Assembly: GCA_038217285.1 (NCBI GenBank)
Contig: JBBQPO010000161.1
Span: 1-14,003 of the forward strand
Origin: Chthonomonadales bacterium
GTDB lineage: Bacteria > Armatimonadota > Chthonomonadetes > Chthonomonadales > Chthonomonadaceae
Direction of reading: 5' to 3'
DNA length: 14,003 nucleotides
In this document: piece after piece, positions 1-8,494 of the stretch
Position numbering within the stretch: position 1 is the stretch's first letter
Layout: each line of letters starts with the position of its first letter
Translations under genes and position numbers: made by a program
Notes under the pieces: model-generated
The model's input: only the letters and a program-made list of their open reading frames with translations
Database searches by the model: none
Told to the model about the DNA's origin: nothing

Positions 1-2
1 GG

Positions 3-1961
3 GAGTTCGTGGGAGACCGGACGCTGTTCCTCCTGGTCGAGAACCTCGACGAGATCTTTCGCGGTCTCGGGGATCAGGGGCAGTGGGCCTTTCGCTCCTT
101 CCTCAGTGAAAGACCCTTCGTAACTATTCTGGCGACCACACCCAGCCTCTTTTCAGGCGTCACCGAACATGACTCCGCCTTCTACGGCTTCTTCCAGAAC
201 ATCTACCTGGAGGAGTTGACAGTCGGAGAGGCCGCAGAATTGCTGGAAAAAGTCGCGGAACGACGCGACGATACGGCTCTGGCTGCCTTCCTGAAAACGC
301 CCACCGCCAGGGAGCGTGTCCAGGCCGTGCACGATCTCGCAGGCGGACACCCACGTATCTACCTGCTCTTCGCACATCTCTTGACGCAGGAGACGCTGGA
401 TGAACTGGTCACGCCGTTCCTGAAACTGCTGGACGAACTGACGCCCTACTACCAGAGCCGAATGCAGATGCTCTCTCCGCAACAGCGCAAAATCGTCGAG
501 TATCTGTGCAGTGCCCGTGGCGCTGTTCCTGTGAAGGAGATCGCCGAGCGAAATCTGATGACCTCCCAGACTGCCTCTGGTCAGTTGGACAAATTAGAGG
601 AGATGGCGTATGTCCGCAAAAACAAAATAGGTCGCGACTCTCTTTACGAGTTGCGTGAGCCCCTGCTCCGTATGGTGATTGAACTCAAACGTGGACGCGG
701 CGAGCCAGTTCGTCTCATCGTAGACTTTCTCCGACGCTGGTACAATCGCCGCGAACGACGGGAACGTCTTTCTGTTGCCTCCTCACAACATCCTTTGACG
801 TACGCGTACCTGACTGCCTCGCTAGACCTGAAGCGCGCCGTGCTGGACGCACCTGACTTGAAACGCGCTCGCAAGTTCTCGTCTGAATTTGCCAGATGTG
901 TTGAAGCAAGGGAGTATGATCGAGCCTGCGAGCTTGCTGAGGAGATTATAGAGCGCAAAGGAACCGCCTGCAGCTATAATGACTGGTTTCAATACGCCCA
1001 CTGTTTGTCCGCGACGGGTCGTTACGAATTGGCCCTTTCGAGTTGGGACGAGGCGATAGCCCGTAGGCCGGACGACGCAAGAGGGTGGATGTGTCGCGCT
1101 GGAACTCTGTATAGCATGGGAGATATATCCGCCTCACTGACGGGTTACAATACAGCGCTTTCACTCGATCCCAATGACTCACCGACCTGGTTCTTTCGCG
1201 GCTATATCTTGCACAAACTCGGTGACTATGCAGCAGCAGTAGCAAGTTACGACAAGGCACTCGAGATCAACCCATCCTATGCGGACGCATGGCATTACCG
1301 GGGATTCGCTCTATGGATTTCAGGCGATATTTCGGCGGCGTCACACAGTATGGACACCGCTCTCAAAATCAACCCCCTGGATCCAAATCTATGGTCTCTT
1401 CGTGGCAGTATCTCCTATCAATCGAGCGACTATTTGACGGCCCTGGCAAGTTTTGACAAGGCCCTTGAAATCGACCCGAATAACGGTTCCCTATGGTTGC
1501 GGCGCGCAGAAGCCCACCTGGCTCTAGGGAACCCCGAAGAGTGTTTTAAGAGTATTGCGCAGGGATTCGCGTTATCGAAGGAGGAAGGCGCCGACTTAGG
1601 GGATACGACTGAATTCTGCCGCCTTTTGCTTCACCACCGTGATTTCCAGGATACTGTGATACACCTCGCCGGCATCTATACAGAGAGGGAGGCTCTGGGT
1701 TACCTGGGGAAGGGAGTGACGGAGAGCATTCCCTACGTTTTAGACAGCGCGATATCGCAGCCAGTCGCAGACAACTGGCTCGCAGCATGGAAAGCGGTGC
1801 AGGGCGTAGAAACCGAACTGGACATTCCGGTGCGGATACTGACTGCGGCTGTCGAGTGGAAGAAGACTCGGAGCGTCCGGGCTCTGCTGGCACTACCCAT
1901 CGAGGAGAGACGGATACTGGAGAGTCTGCTGCCCAACCCAGCGGCGGAGGGAGCGCCTTAA
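3..1961 (+). CDS. STAND-like P-loop ATPase (C-terminal part) + winged HTH + TPR repeat protein; 5'-partial
   Basis: The frame is open to the window edge (GAG TTC GTG...), so Walker A would lie upstream of the window. Walker B-like LFLLVENLDE, sensor-like ILATTP, GxP motif LAGGHPR and wHTH (LSPQQRKIV...VKEIAE...TASGQLDKLEEMAYV...YELREP) are present. About six 34-aa TPRs follow (W..RG..L..LGDY..A.ASYDKALEINP). Confidence 0.8.
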   Translation, partial: EFVGDRTLFLLVENLDEIFRGLGDQGQWAFRSFLSERPFVTILATTPSLFSGVTEHDSAFYGFFQNIYLEELTVGEAAELLEKVAERRDDTALAAFLKTPTARERVQAVHDLAGGHPRIYLLFAHLLTQETLDELVTPFLKLLDELTPYYQSRMQMLSPQQRKIVEYLCSARGAVPVKEIAERNLMTSQTASGQLDKLEEMAYVRKNKIGRDSLYELREPLLRMVIELKRGRGEPVRLIVDFLRRWYNRRERRERLSVASSQHPLTYAYLTASLDLKRAVLDAPDLKRARKFSSEFARCVEAREYDRACELAEEIIERKGTACSYNDWFQYAHCLSATGRYELALSSWDEAIARRPDDARGWMCRAGTLYSMGDISASLTGYNTALSLDPNDSPTWFFRGYILHKLGDYAAAVASYDKALEINPSYADAWHYRGFALWISGDISAASHSMDTALKINPLDPNLWSLRGSISYQSSDYLTALASFDKALEIDPNNGSLWLRRAEAHLALGNPEECFKSIAQGFALSKEEGADLGDTTEFCRLLLHHRDFQDTVIHLAGIYTEREALGYLGKGVTESIPYVLDSAISQPVADNWLAAWKAVQGVETELDIPVRILTAAVEWKKTRSVRALLALPIEERRILESLLPNPAAEGAP

Positions 1962-2025
1962 AGCATCGCTGACAATCTCAGCTTTTCGGTCGTTTGCAAA
2001 ATGAAGATGCCTTGGGGTTTACCTA

Positions 2026-2058
2026 CCCCAACCCCTCCTTACGAGGAAGGGGTTGGGG
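2026..2058. terminator. GC-rich hairpin between convergent genes (terminator or REP-like palindrome)
   Basis: CCCCAACCCCTCCT-TACG-AGGA(A)GGGGTTGGGG forms a 14-bp stem with one bulged A and a TACG loop, between the stops at 1961 (+) and 2121 (-). There is no clear U-tract. Confidence 0.55.
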
Positions 2059-2120
2059 AGTTATCTTACGCTTCGCCGACGCCTTCCAGCCGAGACCAAT
2101 ATCCTACCAGAAAGAAAATT

Positions 2121-2930
2121 TTAGGCGAGAGACACCGTGTTGACCTGATCCTGCAGCTCGATCCATTGATAGGAGCCTACGACCATTACGTCCTCGTCCT
2201 TGCCCTTTTCGAGGGGAGTGTAGCAGGGATGGTGATGTTCTTTGTAGGGATTGTTGCTGGCAGCGTTGTAACAGGAGATGAGCGCCCAGCGCGGGGCGGC
2301 GCTTCGGTTCTGGTCGGAGCGGTGCAGCAGATTGGAATGGAAGAACAGAGCATCGCCTGGGGCCATTTCGCAGTAGACGAGTTCCAGGCGCTTGAGAGCC
2401 TCGTTCACCCGCTCCATGTCCGCTCCGGTCTGGTCGCCTGTCACGCCATGTTCTATGCGGCCCATGCGCTGTGAGCCACGGATCACCTGAAGGCAGCCGT
2501 TCTCGCGGGTCGCCTTATCGACAGCGATCATGCAGCTCGCCATATCGGGAAACAGACAGCCGTTGTTGTACCAGTAGCCGTAGTCTTGATGCCACTCCCA
2601 CGCCCCGCCCACAAAGGGCTCCTTCATGTTCATCTTGTGGTGATAGTGATAGACTTCGCCCCCGAGCAGCCTCTCCATCGTATCGACGATCCGGTGGCTG
2701 CGGGTGACGGCGCTGTAGATATCGTTGCCGAGTTCGTTTCGGAGCGCCAGCCGGGTCACGCCGCCCTGAGCGTCCCGACGCGCGAGTTTGTCGCCATCGA
2801 GGCGGGCGTCGGCACGTGCGACCTTCAACAGCAGATCGGTCTCTTCGGCATCGAACAGACTGCGCACCATCAGATAGCCGTCGGTGTGGAAAGAGTTGAC
2901 CTGAACGTCGGTCGGAGTAAACGGATACAT
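2121..2930 (-). CDS. Phytanoyl-CoA dioxygenase (PhyH) family Fe(II)/2-oxoglutarate dioxygenase
   Basis: HxD iron motif in [21 protein letters not shown], distal His in [25 protein letters not shown] lies upstream of the ATG. Confidence 0.9.
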   Translation of the reverse strand: MYPFTPTDVQVNSFHTDGYLMVRSLFDAEETDLLLKVARADARLDGDKLARRDAQGGVTRLALRNELGNDIYSAVTRSHRIVDTMERLLGGEVYHYHHKMNMKEPFVGGAWEWHQDYGYWYNNGCLFPDMASCMIAVDKATRENGCLQVIRGSQRMGRIEHGVTGDQTGADMERVNEALKRLELVYCEMAPGDALFFHSNLLHRSDQNRSAAPRWALISCYNAASNNPYKEHHHPCYTPLEKGKDEDVMVVGSYQWIELQDQVNTVSLA

Positions 2931-3122
2931 AAGCCTGTTCTCCTGGCCGCCCCGCGAAGTCTGCGAGACGGAGTGTGATCAGCGTAGAGTTACCGCACTG
3001 GCTCCCCGATTCCTTCTATGGAAGCGACGTTTGGGAGGGCAGTAGGTTTGACCGCGTCCACATAACGCCGGACCGCCCGGGCGATCAGCGACGTACCTAC
3101 TATCCCGGGTCGAAGCGAGTCG

Positions 3123-4188
3123 TCAGCGCGCATAGGGTGCGCAGATCGGATCCCCGATGACCATGTCTTTCCAGTGGATGTACTGCGAGGCCATATAGAA
3201 GCTTTCGGCGAGCGTGTAGCCTGCCGTATAACGGTCGAAAAGGAGATCGGCACGCGCAATGCTGTCGGCGAAGGGTTCGGAGACGTAGCCTTTACAACCG
3301 GTGACGCCCTGCGCGATCAGATCGCCGATCAACGACTGACCGAAAGCACGCGGGTTTTCGAAGGTACGCGCGCTGGTCGATACGGCCGTCTCCGCAATCG
3401 CCCCCGGCAGAAAGCCAAGGCTGTCATACGCGTCCTTGTCATAACGACCGTCGTTGCTGCCCCACGAGAAATAGCCAGCAAGACCGTGGTATCCGCCCGG
3501 AAAACGATTGGCTGTGTCCAGAATACTGTGCAGACCGCGTTTGCCGAGAAGCCGGTGGGCTTCCCGCATTCCGTCGTTGACAGGCTTGTATCCGCCGTCC
3601 TCATGCCCCGGCCCAGTTATGAATCAAGAACGGCCCTTTGGAGGGTCGTGCCGTCAGGGCATCGTCCACCAGGCGGAGGCAGTCGGCCCGCGTGTAGCCA
3701 ATGAGACGCGTGACAAGATAGAGATTATAGCGGGCATGGGAGAAGCGTTCGTTGCGGCCGAAATAGGGATTGGGACTGCGTGTGGTAAGTTGCGCCCAGT
3801 CCATCGTCGCCAGCAGACTGTCCACGCTAAAGCCTCCGGCCGGCCCTTCGTGCGTCCGGATCGGGACGCCTTTCGTCAGGAGAATATAGTCGATTTTCAG
3901 CTTACTGCCGGCGAGGAACGCTTTGACAGGCGCCTCGATCTGGTCATGAAACTCCTGCAGGGAACACTCTTCCTCTAACGAGGCCGTAATGCGCACGAGA
4001 TTGGCGCGCGGCAGCTTGTGCTTCAACTGATAGTAGTGGGCTATCGCAACGGAGTCGTCGCTGCGTATGTTCTCGACGACGAGTACCCGTTCGACCGGCA
4101 CCGGGGCCGGTCTCCTTTGTGCGCAGACGAGGGACGAGAAGGCGAGAAGGGAGATCGTGAAGGCCAGAGACAGGCGGCAGGCAGGCAT
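3123..4188 (-). pseudogene. TIGR03790-family secreted protein, split by a 1-nt frameshift near 3617 (pseudogene or sequencing error)
   Basis: The N-part starts at ATG 4188 (RBS GGGAG, signal peptide, ERVLVVEN...SVAIAHYY, IDYILLTKGVP, SVDSLL, NPYF, YLVTRL) and stops at 3601. The C-part (GYFSWGSND, FLPGAIAETAVSTSARTF, QSLIGDLIAQGVTGCKGYVSEP, YTLAESFY, IGDP) is in another frame. Removing one base at 3617/3618 joins them as FLIHTGPGHEDGGYKPVNDGMREA. Confidence 0.8.
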
Positions 4189-4222
4189 TGGTCGCTCCCG
4201 TACAGTAAGACGAATGTTTCCG

Positions 4223-4750
4223 TTAGAGGCCAATGGCGGCGAGCAACTCCGCAATTTTGCCCCAGCGTTCGGGATGCGTCTCGTGAATGTGTTCGGGTAC
4301 GAAACCGACGCTGCGATAGATCTGGATCGCCGCCAAGCGCCCGTCCTGCGTCTCAAGCACGGCGTCCTTGCAGCCCAGGCGCGCGAACTCATGCAGTACC
4401 GCCAGAGTGATCGCATAACCGAGATGTTTGCCCCGATGGGCCGGGGAGACCGCCACCCAGTGCAGATAGCCGGAACCGGGGAACAGGTCCGGCAGCACCC
4501 GCGCCGATGCCGTCGCGACCATCGCCTCACCGAATTCGATCACGTAGACGGCTTTGACCTCCGGCGATTCCGCGAGAGTCTCCCGGACTCGTTCCGGCGT
4601 CCACTGCGGATCGTCAAAGGCCTCCTGCAGAAGCGTTGCCAGCGAGTCCAGATCTGTTTCCCGATACGGGCGCAAGAGGTAGCCCTCCGGCATTTCCGGC
4701 ACAGCAGGCAGATTCTCCAGGTCGGGGCGGCGCATCATCAGGTGGGACAT
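4223..4750 (-). CDS. GNAT family N-acetyltransferase
   Basis: Motif A LHWVAVSPAHRGKHLG and motif B LET...LAAIQIYRSVGF. The likely start is ATG 4750 (MSHLMMRR), with purine-rich GGAAAGAG upstream, rather than 4954. Confidence 0.85.
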   Translation of the reverse strand: MSHLMMRRPDLENLPAVPEMPEGYLLRPYRETDLDSLATLLQEAFDDPQWTPERVRETLAESPEVKAVYVIEFGEAMVATASARVLPDLFPGSGYLHWVAVSPAHRGKHLGYAITLAVLHEFARLGCKDAVLETQDGRLAAIQIYRSVGFVPEHIHETHPERWGKIAELLAAIGL

Positions 4751-4871
4751 ATTGGGTACTCTTTCCACGTTCTTGACTTCGTTCCGTATTGTAACGCCTT
4801 CCTCCCGAAACGTCAAGAGCGCCCTTTGTTTACCTTCGGGAACTTTACCGGAAATAAATACCGCATGTCCG

Positions 4872-4901
4872 TTGCTAGCAGCGGCATAGAGAAGGTAGAA
4901 T
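4872..4901 (+). promoter_or_regulatory. Putative sigma70 promoter for 4958-6627
   Basis: TTGCTA (4872-4877), 18-nt spacer, TAGAAT (4896-4901), within the divergent intergenic region. Confidence 0.4.
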
Positions 4902-4957
4902 AGAGTTAGATTGTACGGAGAGATCCGCCGTTTTGCCCTGCGAAAGGAACGCAAATC

Positions 4958-5257
4958 ATGCCATCGGTCGTCGACATATCGAATAAGAGGTCACCGCAGA
5001 AGAGCCCCGGCAAGCCTTCGGGTTCCGGTGGCCCTCCAAAAACGGGGATGATGATTGGTCTGGGCATCGCGACGACCCTTGCCGTTCTGTTCCTGATCTG
5101 GTTTTTCTTGTTACGCGGCAGCGCCGGCTCCAAAGACATCACGCCCTACGATCCCGGCCATACCCGTGGCTCCGGCGCCCCGGCAGGCGGTGGCGGAGGC
5201 AAATCCGGGCCCAGCGGTACGAACGTGCCGCGCGGTCTGCCGGGCGGCGGCGACTAG
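4958..5257 (+). CDS. Small single-pass membrane protein with Gly/Pro/Ser-rich flanks (hypothetical)
   Basis: RBS AAAGGA precedes the ATG. It has one hydrophobic helix (MMIGLGIATTLAVLFLIWFFLL) and ends 35 nt before the DUF1501 gene. Confidence 0.7.
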   Translation: MPSVVDISNKRSPQKSPGKPSGSGGPPKTGMMIGLGIATTLAVLFLIWFFLLRGSAGSKDITPYDPGHTRGSGAPAGGGGGKSGPSGTNVPRGLPGGGD

Positions 5258-5292
5258 GTTCTCCCGCAGTTTGGAATAGAGGAGACGAAACG

Positions 5293-6627
5293 ATGCTCGA
5301 TATGAAGACTGGGGACGACTCGGTACAGTGTGACGGCGTTTCTCGCCGCTCGTTTGTACGCCTCGGCGCACTATCGGTTCTGGGTCTTACCCTACCCGAG
5401 CTCTTGCGCGTTGAGGCGGCGAATGCGGCCGAGAAGGTCGCCAACAACGCCCGCGCCAAAAACGTCCTACTGATCTATTTGGGCGGCGGACTGACGCACC
5501 ACGACACCTTCGATCCGAAGCCGGACGCGCCGCAGGAGATCCGCGGCAAGTACGGCGTGATTCCCACCGGTATCGCCGGCATCAAGTTTTCGGAGAAGAT
5601 GCCGGAACTTGCCAAGTGCACCGATATATTCGCGCTCTGTCGCTCACAGGTAACCGGCAGCGACCATCATGAAACTGCGGCCCAGTGGATGCTCACCGGC
5701 AACTACGGCGTGATGCAGGGCGGTGACTATCCTTCCATCGGCTCTATTGTCACGCACGAGACGGCCCCGCTCAACACCCTTCCACCCTATGTGGCCGTTC
5801 CGAAGAATCACTCGTTTACCTGGGAACTTGGCAAAGCTGCCTGGCTGGGCGAGCGTTACGAATCGTTCAAAACGAACAACCCTTCCGATGCCAACTGGAA
5901 AGTACCCAACCTGTCGCTGCTGGCCGATGTGCCGCAGGATCGACTGAACCGCCGCCAGGGAATGCTCAAATCGATCGACACCCTGGCACGCAAGGTAGAT
6001 GCCTCGGACCAGTTGGCCTCTATGGACACGTTCTATCAGCGAGCGGCCCAGATGCTGCTCTCCTCCGAGGCGCGGCAGGCCTTCGATCTTTCCAAAGAGT
6101 CGGATAAGGTGCGCGACTCGTATGGCCGCGATGTCTGGGGGGCGCAGGCGCTTCTCTCCCGGCGGCTCATCGAAAGCGGCGTACGCTTCGTGCTCCTCGG
6201 TCAGGGCGGATGGGACATGCACAGCAATATCTTCCCCGGCTGCGACACCTCCCTGCCGCGCCTCGATCATTCCATCGCAACTCTGCTGAAAGATATGCGA
6301 GACCGCGGACTTCTGAAAGAGACACTGGTCGCGATGTACGGCGACTTCGGTCGCACCAGCAAGATCAACAAGGACAACGGCCGGGATCACTGGGGCAACG
6401 CGGGCGTCATGCTGTTCGCGGGAGCGGGCGTTCGCGGCGGGCAGGTCATCGGCACGACCGACGAGCGCGGTGAGTATGTCACTGATCGGCCCATCCGCCC
6501 CCCGGAAGTAGCCGCAACCATCTATTCCGCCCTCGGCATCGACTACGACAAGGCGCTCGTGACTCCGCAGGGCCGTCCCGTCCGCATCCTCCCGGAGTGC
6601 GAACCGATCAAGGAACTCTGGAGCTGA
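5293..6627 (+). CDS. DUF1501 domain protein with twin-arginine (Tat)-type signal
   Basis: SRRSFVRLG Tat motif, AKNVLLIYLGGG...DTFDPKP, LLSRRLIESGVRFV, GGWDMH, GDFGRT, GRDHW, GGQVIGTTD. RBS AGGAG. Confidence 0.92.
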   Translation: MLDMKTGDDSVQCDGVSRRSFVRLGALSVLGLTLPELLRVEAANAAEKVANNARAKNVLLIYLGGGLTHHDTFDPKPDAPQEIRGKYGVIPTGIAGIKFSEKMPELAKCTDIFALCRSQVTGSDHHETAAQWMLTGNYGVMQGGDYPSIGSIVTHETAPLNTLPPYVAVPKNHSFTWELGKAAWLGERYESFKTNNPSDANWKVPNLSLLADVPQDRLNRRQGMLKSIDTLARKVDASDQLASMDTFYQRAAQMLLSSEARQAFDLSKESDKVRDSYGRDVWGAQALLSRRLIESGVRFVLLGQGGWDMHSNIFPGCDTSLPRLDHSIATLLKDMRDRGLLKETLVAMYGDFGRTSKINKDNGRDHWGNAGVMLFAGAGVRGGQVIGTTDERGEYVTDRPIRPPEVAATIYSALGIDYDKALVTPQGRPVRILPECEPIKELWS

Positions 6628-6660
6628 CCGCTGCGCCTCGTTTCGACCAGGATGACAGAA

Positions 6661-6696
6661 TTTCGCCCGGCGAGAGAGTTCTCTCGCCGGGCGAAA
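6661..6696. terminator. Perfect 16-bp inverted repeat; probable bidirectional terminator
   Basis: TTTCGCCCGGCGAGAG-AGTT-CTCTCGCCGGGCGAAA lies between the convergent stops at 6627 (+) and 6717 (-). Confidence 0.7.
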
Positions 6697-6716
6697 CATC
6701 GACAGGAAACAGGCGT

Positions 6717-7172
6717 TCACGCAACGGTTACTTCGGTATAGCCGAGGCTTTTGAGGAGGTTCAACATCGGGTCGTTGTCGGCAGCGACATGACAGACCGC
6801 CTGCGGCAAGTTGTCCAAAATGTACCGGGTAATAAAGGTGCAGGCGGCCTTTCCATACCCTTTACGGAGGTGCGCCTCCTGTGTTCGCACCGCCGCAAGC
6901 TCCCACACCGTCTCGCTATGTTTCAGCACGGCCGCCGAGGAGACGATCGCGTTCTGTACCATCGCGGCGCTGAAACGATAGCCCTGCCGATGCCACTCTT
7001 CCCAGTCCGCGTAGGCGGGCGCGGTCCGCCCGCTCGTGCGGAAAGCCTGTTGCACACGGTACAGGTCGGCATTGAGTGCGAGCCAGCGGACCCACTGCAC
7101 CGGGGCAGGTTGAAAGGTGTCGCGAGTACAGATAAGGGTGATAGGCGTCGATTCCGGTGCGTCAGTGTCCAT
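6717..7172 (-). CDS. GNAT family N-acetyltransferase
   Basis: WELAAVRTQEAHLRKGYGKA (motif A) and DNDPMLNLLKSLGY (motif B). The likely start is ATG 7172, with GAGGG just upstream. Confidence 0.8.
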   Translation of the reverse strand: MDTDAPESTPITLICTRDTFQPAPVQWVRWLALNADLYRVQQAFRTSGRTAPAYADWEEWHRQGYRFSAAMVQNAIVSSAAVLKHSETVWELAAVRTQEAHLRKGYGKAACTFITRYILDNLPQAVCHVAADNDPMLNLLKSLGYTEVTVA

Positions 7173-7212
7173 GCCCTCTTTTTCCAGATGCCAGGCGTCG
7201 ATTCCTGCCCTA

Positions 7213-7241
7213 TGGACATTCCGGAACCGGACTGTTATAAT
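7213..7241 (+). promoter_or_regulatory. Near-consensus sigma70 promoter (extended -10) for the AAA+/VWA operon
   Basis: TGGACA (7213-7218), 17-nt spacer, TATAAT (7236-7241), with TG at 7233-7234 (TGn extended -10). Confidence 0.7.
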
Positions 7242-7303
7242 AGCGATACCCATTTTTTTAATATGGAATGGGCTTTTCAGGGAAGCTGAGGACATTGTGG
7301 TTC

Positions 7304-8494
7304 ATGAGTGATTCCTCTTTTTCGACGGCTCTTGATACACTGAAGGAGCATCTCGTCGGCTATGACGATGGGGTCGAGCAGTTCAAGCTGGCGCTCCTCA
7401 CAGGCCAGCACATGCTGCTCGTCGGTCGCCCCGGACGCGGAAAATCCTATCCCGCGCGCCTGTTCTTAGGCGCGGTGCGGAACGCCCGTCTGTTCCGTAC
7501 TCAGATAACCGCCTATACGATGCCGGACCATCTGGTCGGCTCTCCTATTCCCGAAATCTACCTGCGCGAAGGGCGGCAGGTCTACAACACCGAAAACGGC
7601 ATCCTTACGTGCGATCTTGCCCTTCTGGAAGAGTTCAGCGACGGCCCCGTCGCCCTCGCCCGCAGCCTCAATACCATCCTGTACGAACGTGTTTTCGAAG
7701 CCAAAGATCAGCTCCCCCTCACCGCGCATCTGCATTCGGCGCTTCTCACGGCGAATCAGGCTCCGCATGGCGAGGAGTGGAAGGCGGTCTGGAGTCGCAT
7801 CGCGTTTCGGTATACGCCGGCGGAAGTCACCTCGCCCTGGGGCCGCTTCCAGACCGGGAACGTCCACATGCATACCCACGGCCACGCCCCGGAACTTCCC
7901 CTGGTCGATATGGAGCAGGTACGTGAACTGTCCGGACAGCGCGAGCGGATGGAGATTCCCCCCGGTGTTCTCCTCGTCGAGAGCTGGATCTCCGGGGAGT
8001 TTCATCGCCGCTGCCAGGAGGACATTCACCTCGGGCGCTCCGGGCTCTTCTCCTCCGACCTGCGCCGCGAGAACCTCTTTCTCGATGTGATCTGCGCGGG
8101 CGCCGTACTGGAAGGCCGTCCGCGCGCCGACTACGGCCACGTAGGCCGCTATCTGCCGTTTGCCCTCCCGCTCGGAGACGACCCCGATGGGATCGCCGCC
8201 CGCGTGATTCTCAACGATGTGCTGGCGAAGATACTGCCCCGCAAAATGGCACGGGAGGAGTTCGAACTCTACGATGCGCTCGGCGACCTCGCGCAGCAGA
8301 TCCTGCAGCATCAGCATCAGGCACGGCGTGGCGCAGGCGAGTTCCGGCTGCGGCTGCCCGGCATGCCCACGATCTTCGCGGCCCGGCGCGAGCTGTTGGG
8401 CCACCTTGGCAAAGTGCGCGGTATCGCCGGCGCCCAGCATCTCGTCGAGATCCTGCGGCAGGCCGTCACCCGCCTGGATGCCGAAGAGGAATGA
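7304..8494 (+). CDS. MoxR-family AAA+ ATPase, RavA-like
   Basis: ALLTGQHMLLVGRPGRGKS (Walker A), ALLEEFSDG (atypical Walker B), SLNTILYERVF, TANQAP (sensor 1), AVWSRIAFRY (Arg-finger region). The start is probably ATG 7304; 7268 is possible. Confidence 0.82.
   Translation: MSDSSFSTALDTLKEHLVGYDDGVEQFKLALLTGQHMLLVGRPGRGKSYPARLFLGAVRNARLFRTQITAYTMPDHLVGSPIPEIYLREGRQVYNTENGILTCDLALLEEFSDGPVALARSLNTILYERVFEAKDQLPLTAHLHSALLTANQAPHGEEWKAVWSRIAFRYTPAEVTSPWGRFQTGNVHMHTHGHAPELPLVDMEQVRELSGQRERMEIPPGVLLVESWISGEFHRRCQEDIHLGRSGLFSSDLRRENLFLDVICAGAVLEGRPRADYGHVGRYLPFALPLGDDPDGIAARVILNDVLAKILPRKMAREEFELYDALGDLAQQILQHQHQARRGAGEFRLRLPGMPTIFAARRELLGHLGKVRGIAGAQHLVEILRQAVTRLDAEEE

Noticed and set aside
2121-2930. 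Ectoine hydroxylase (ectD)
   Set aside because: It lacks the EctD signature FxWHSDFETWH (it has [10 protein letters not shown]), and no ectABC genes are nearby.
3041-3101. AGTAGGT...ACCTACT inverted pair (GTAG-type REP or structured leader RNA)
   Set aside because: Only 7-bp arms with weak internal pairing, and no recognisable riboswitch motif.
5644-8440. Long antisense ORFs (5644-6720, 6597-7289, 7466-8440) and similar ones elsewhere (4067-4903, 10514-11308)
   Set aside because: These are shadow ORFs of well-supported genes in GC-rich DNA, with no recognisable motifs.
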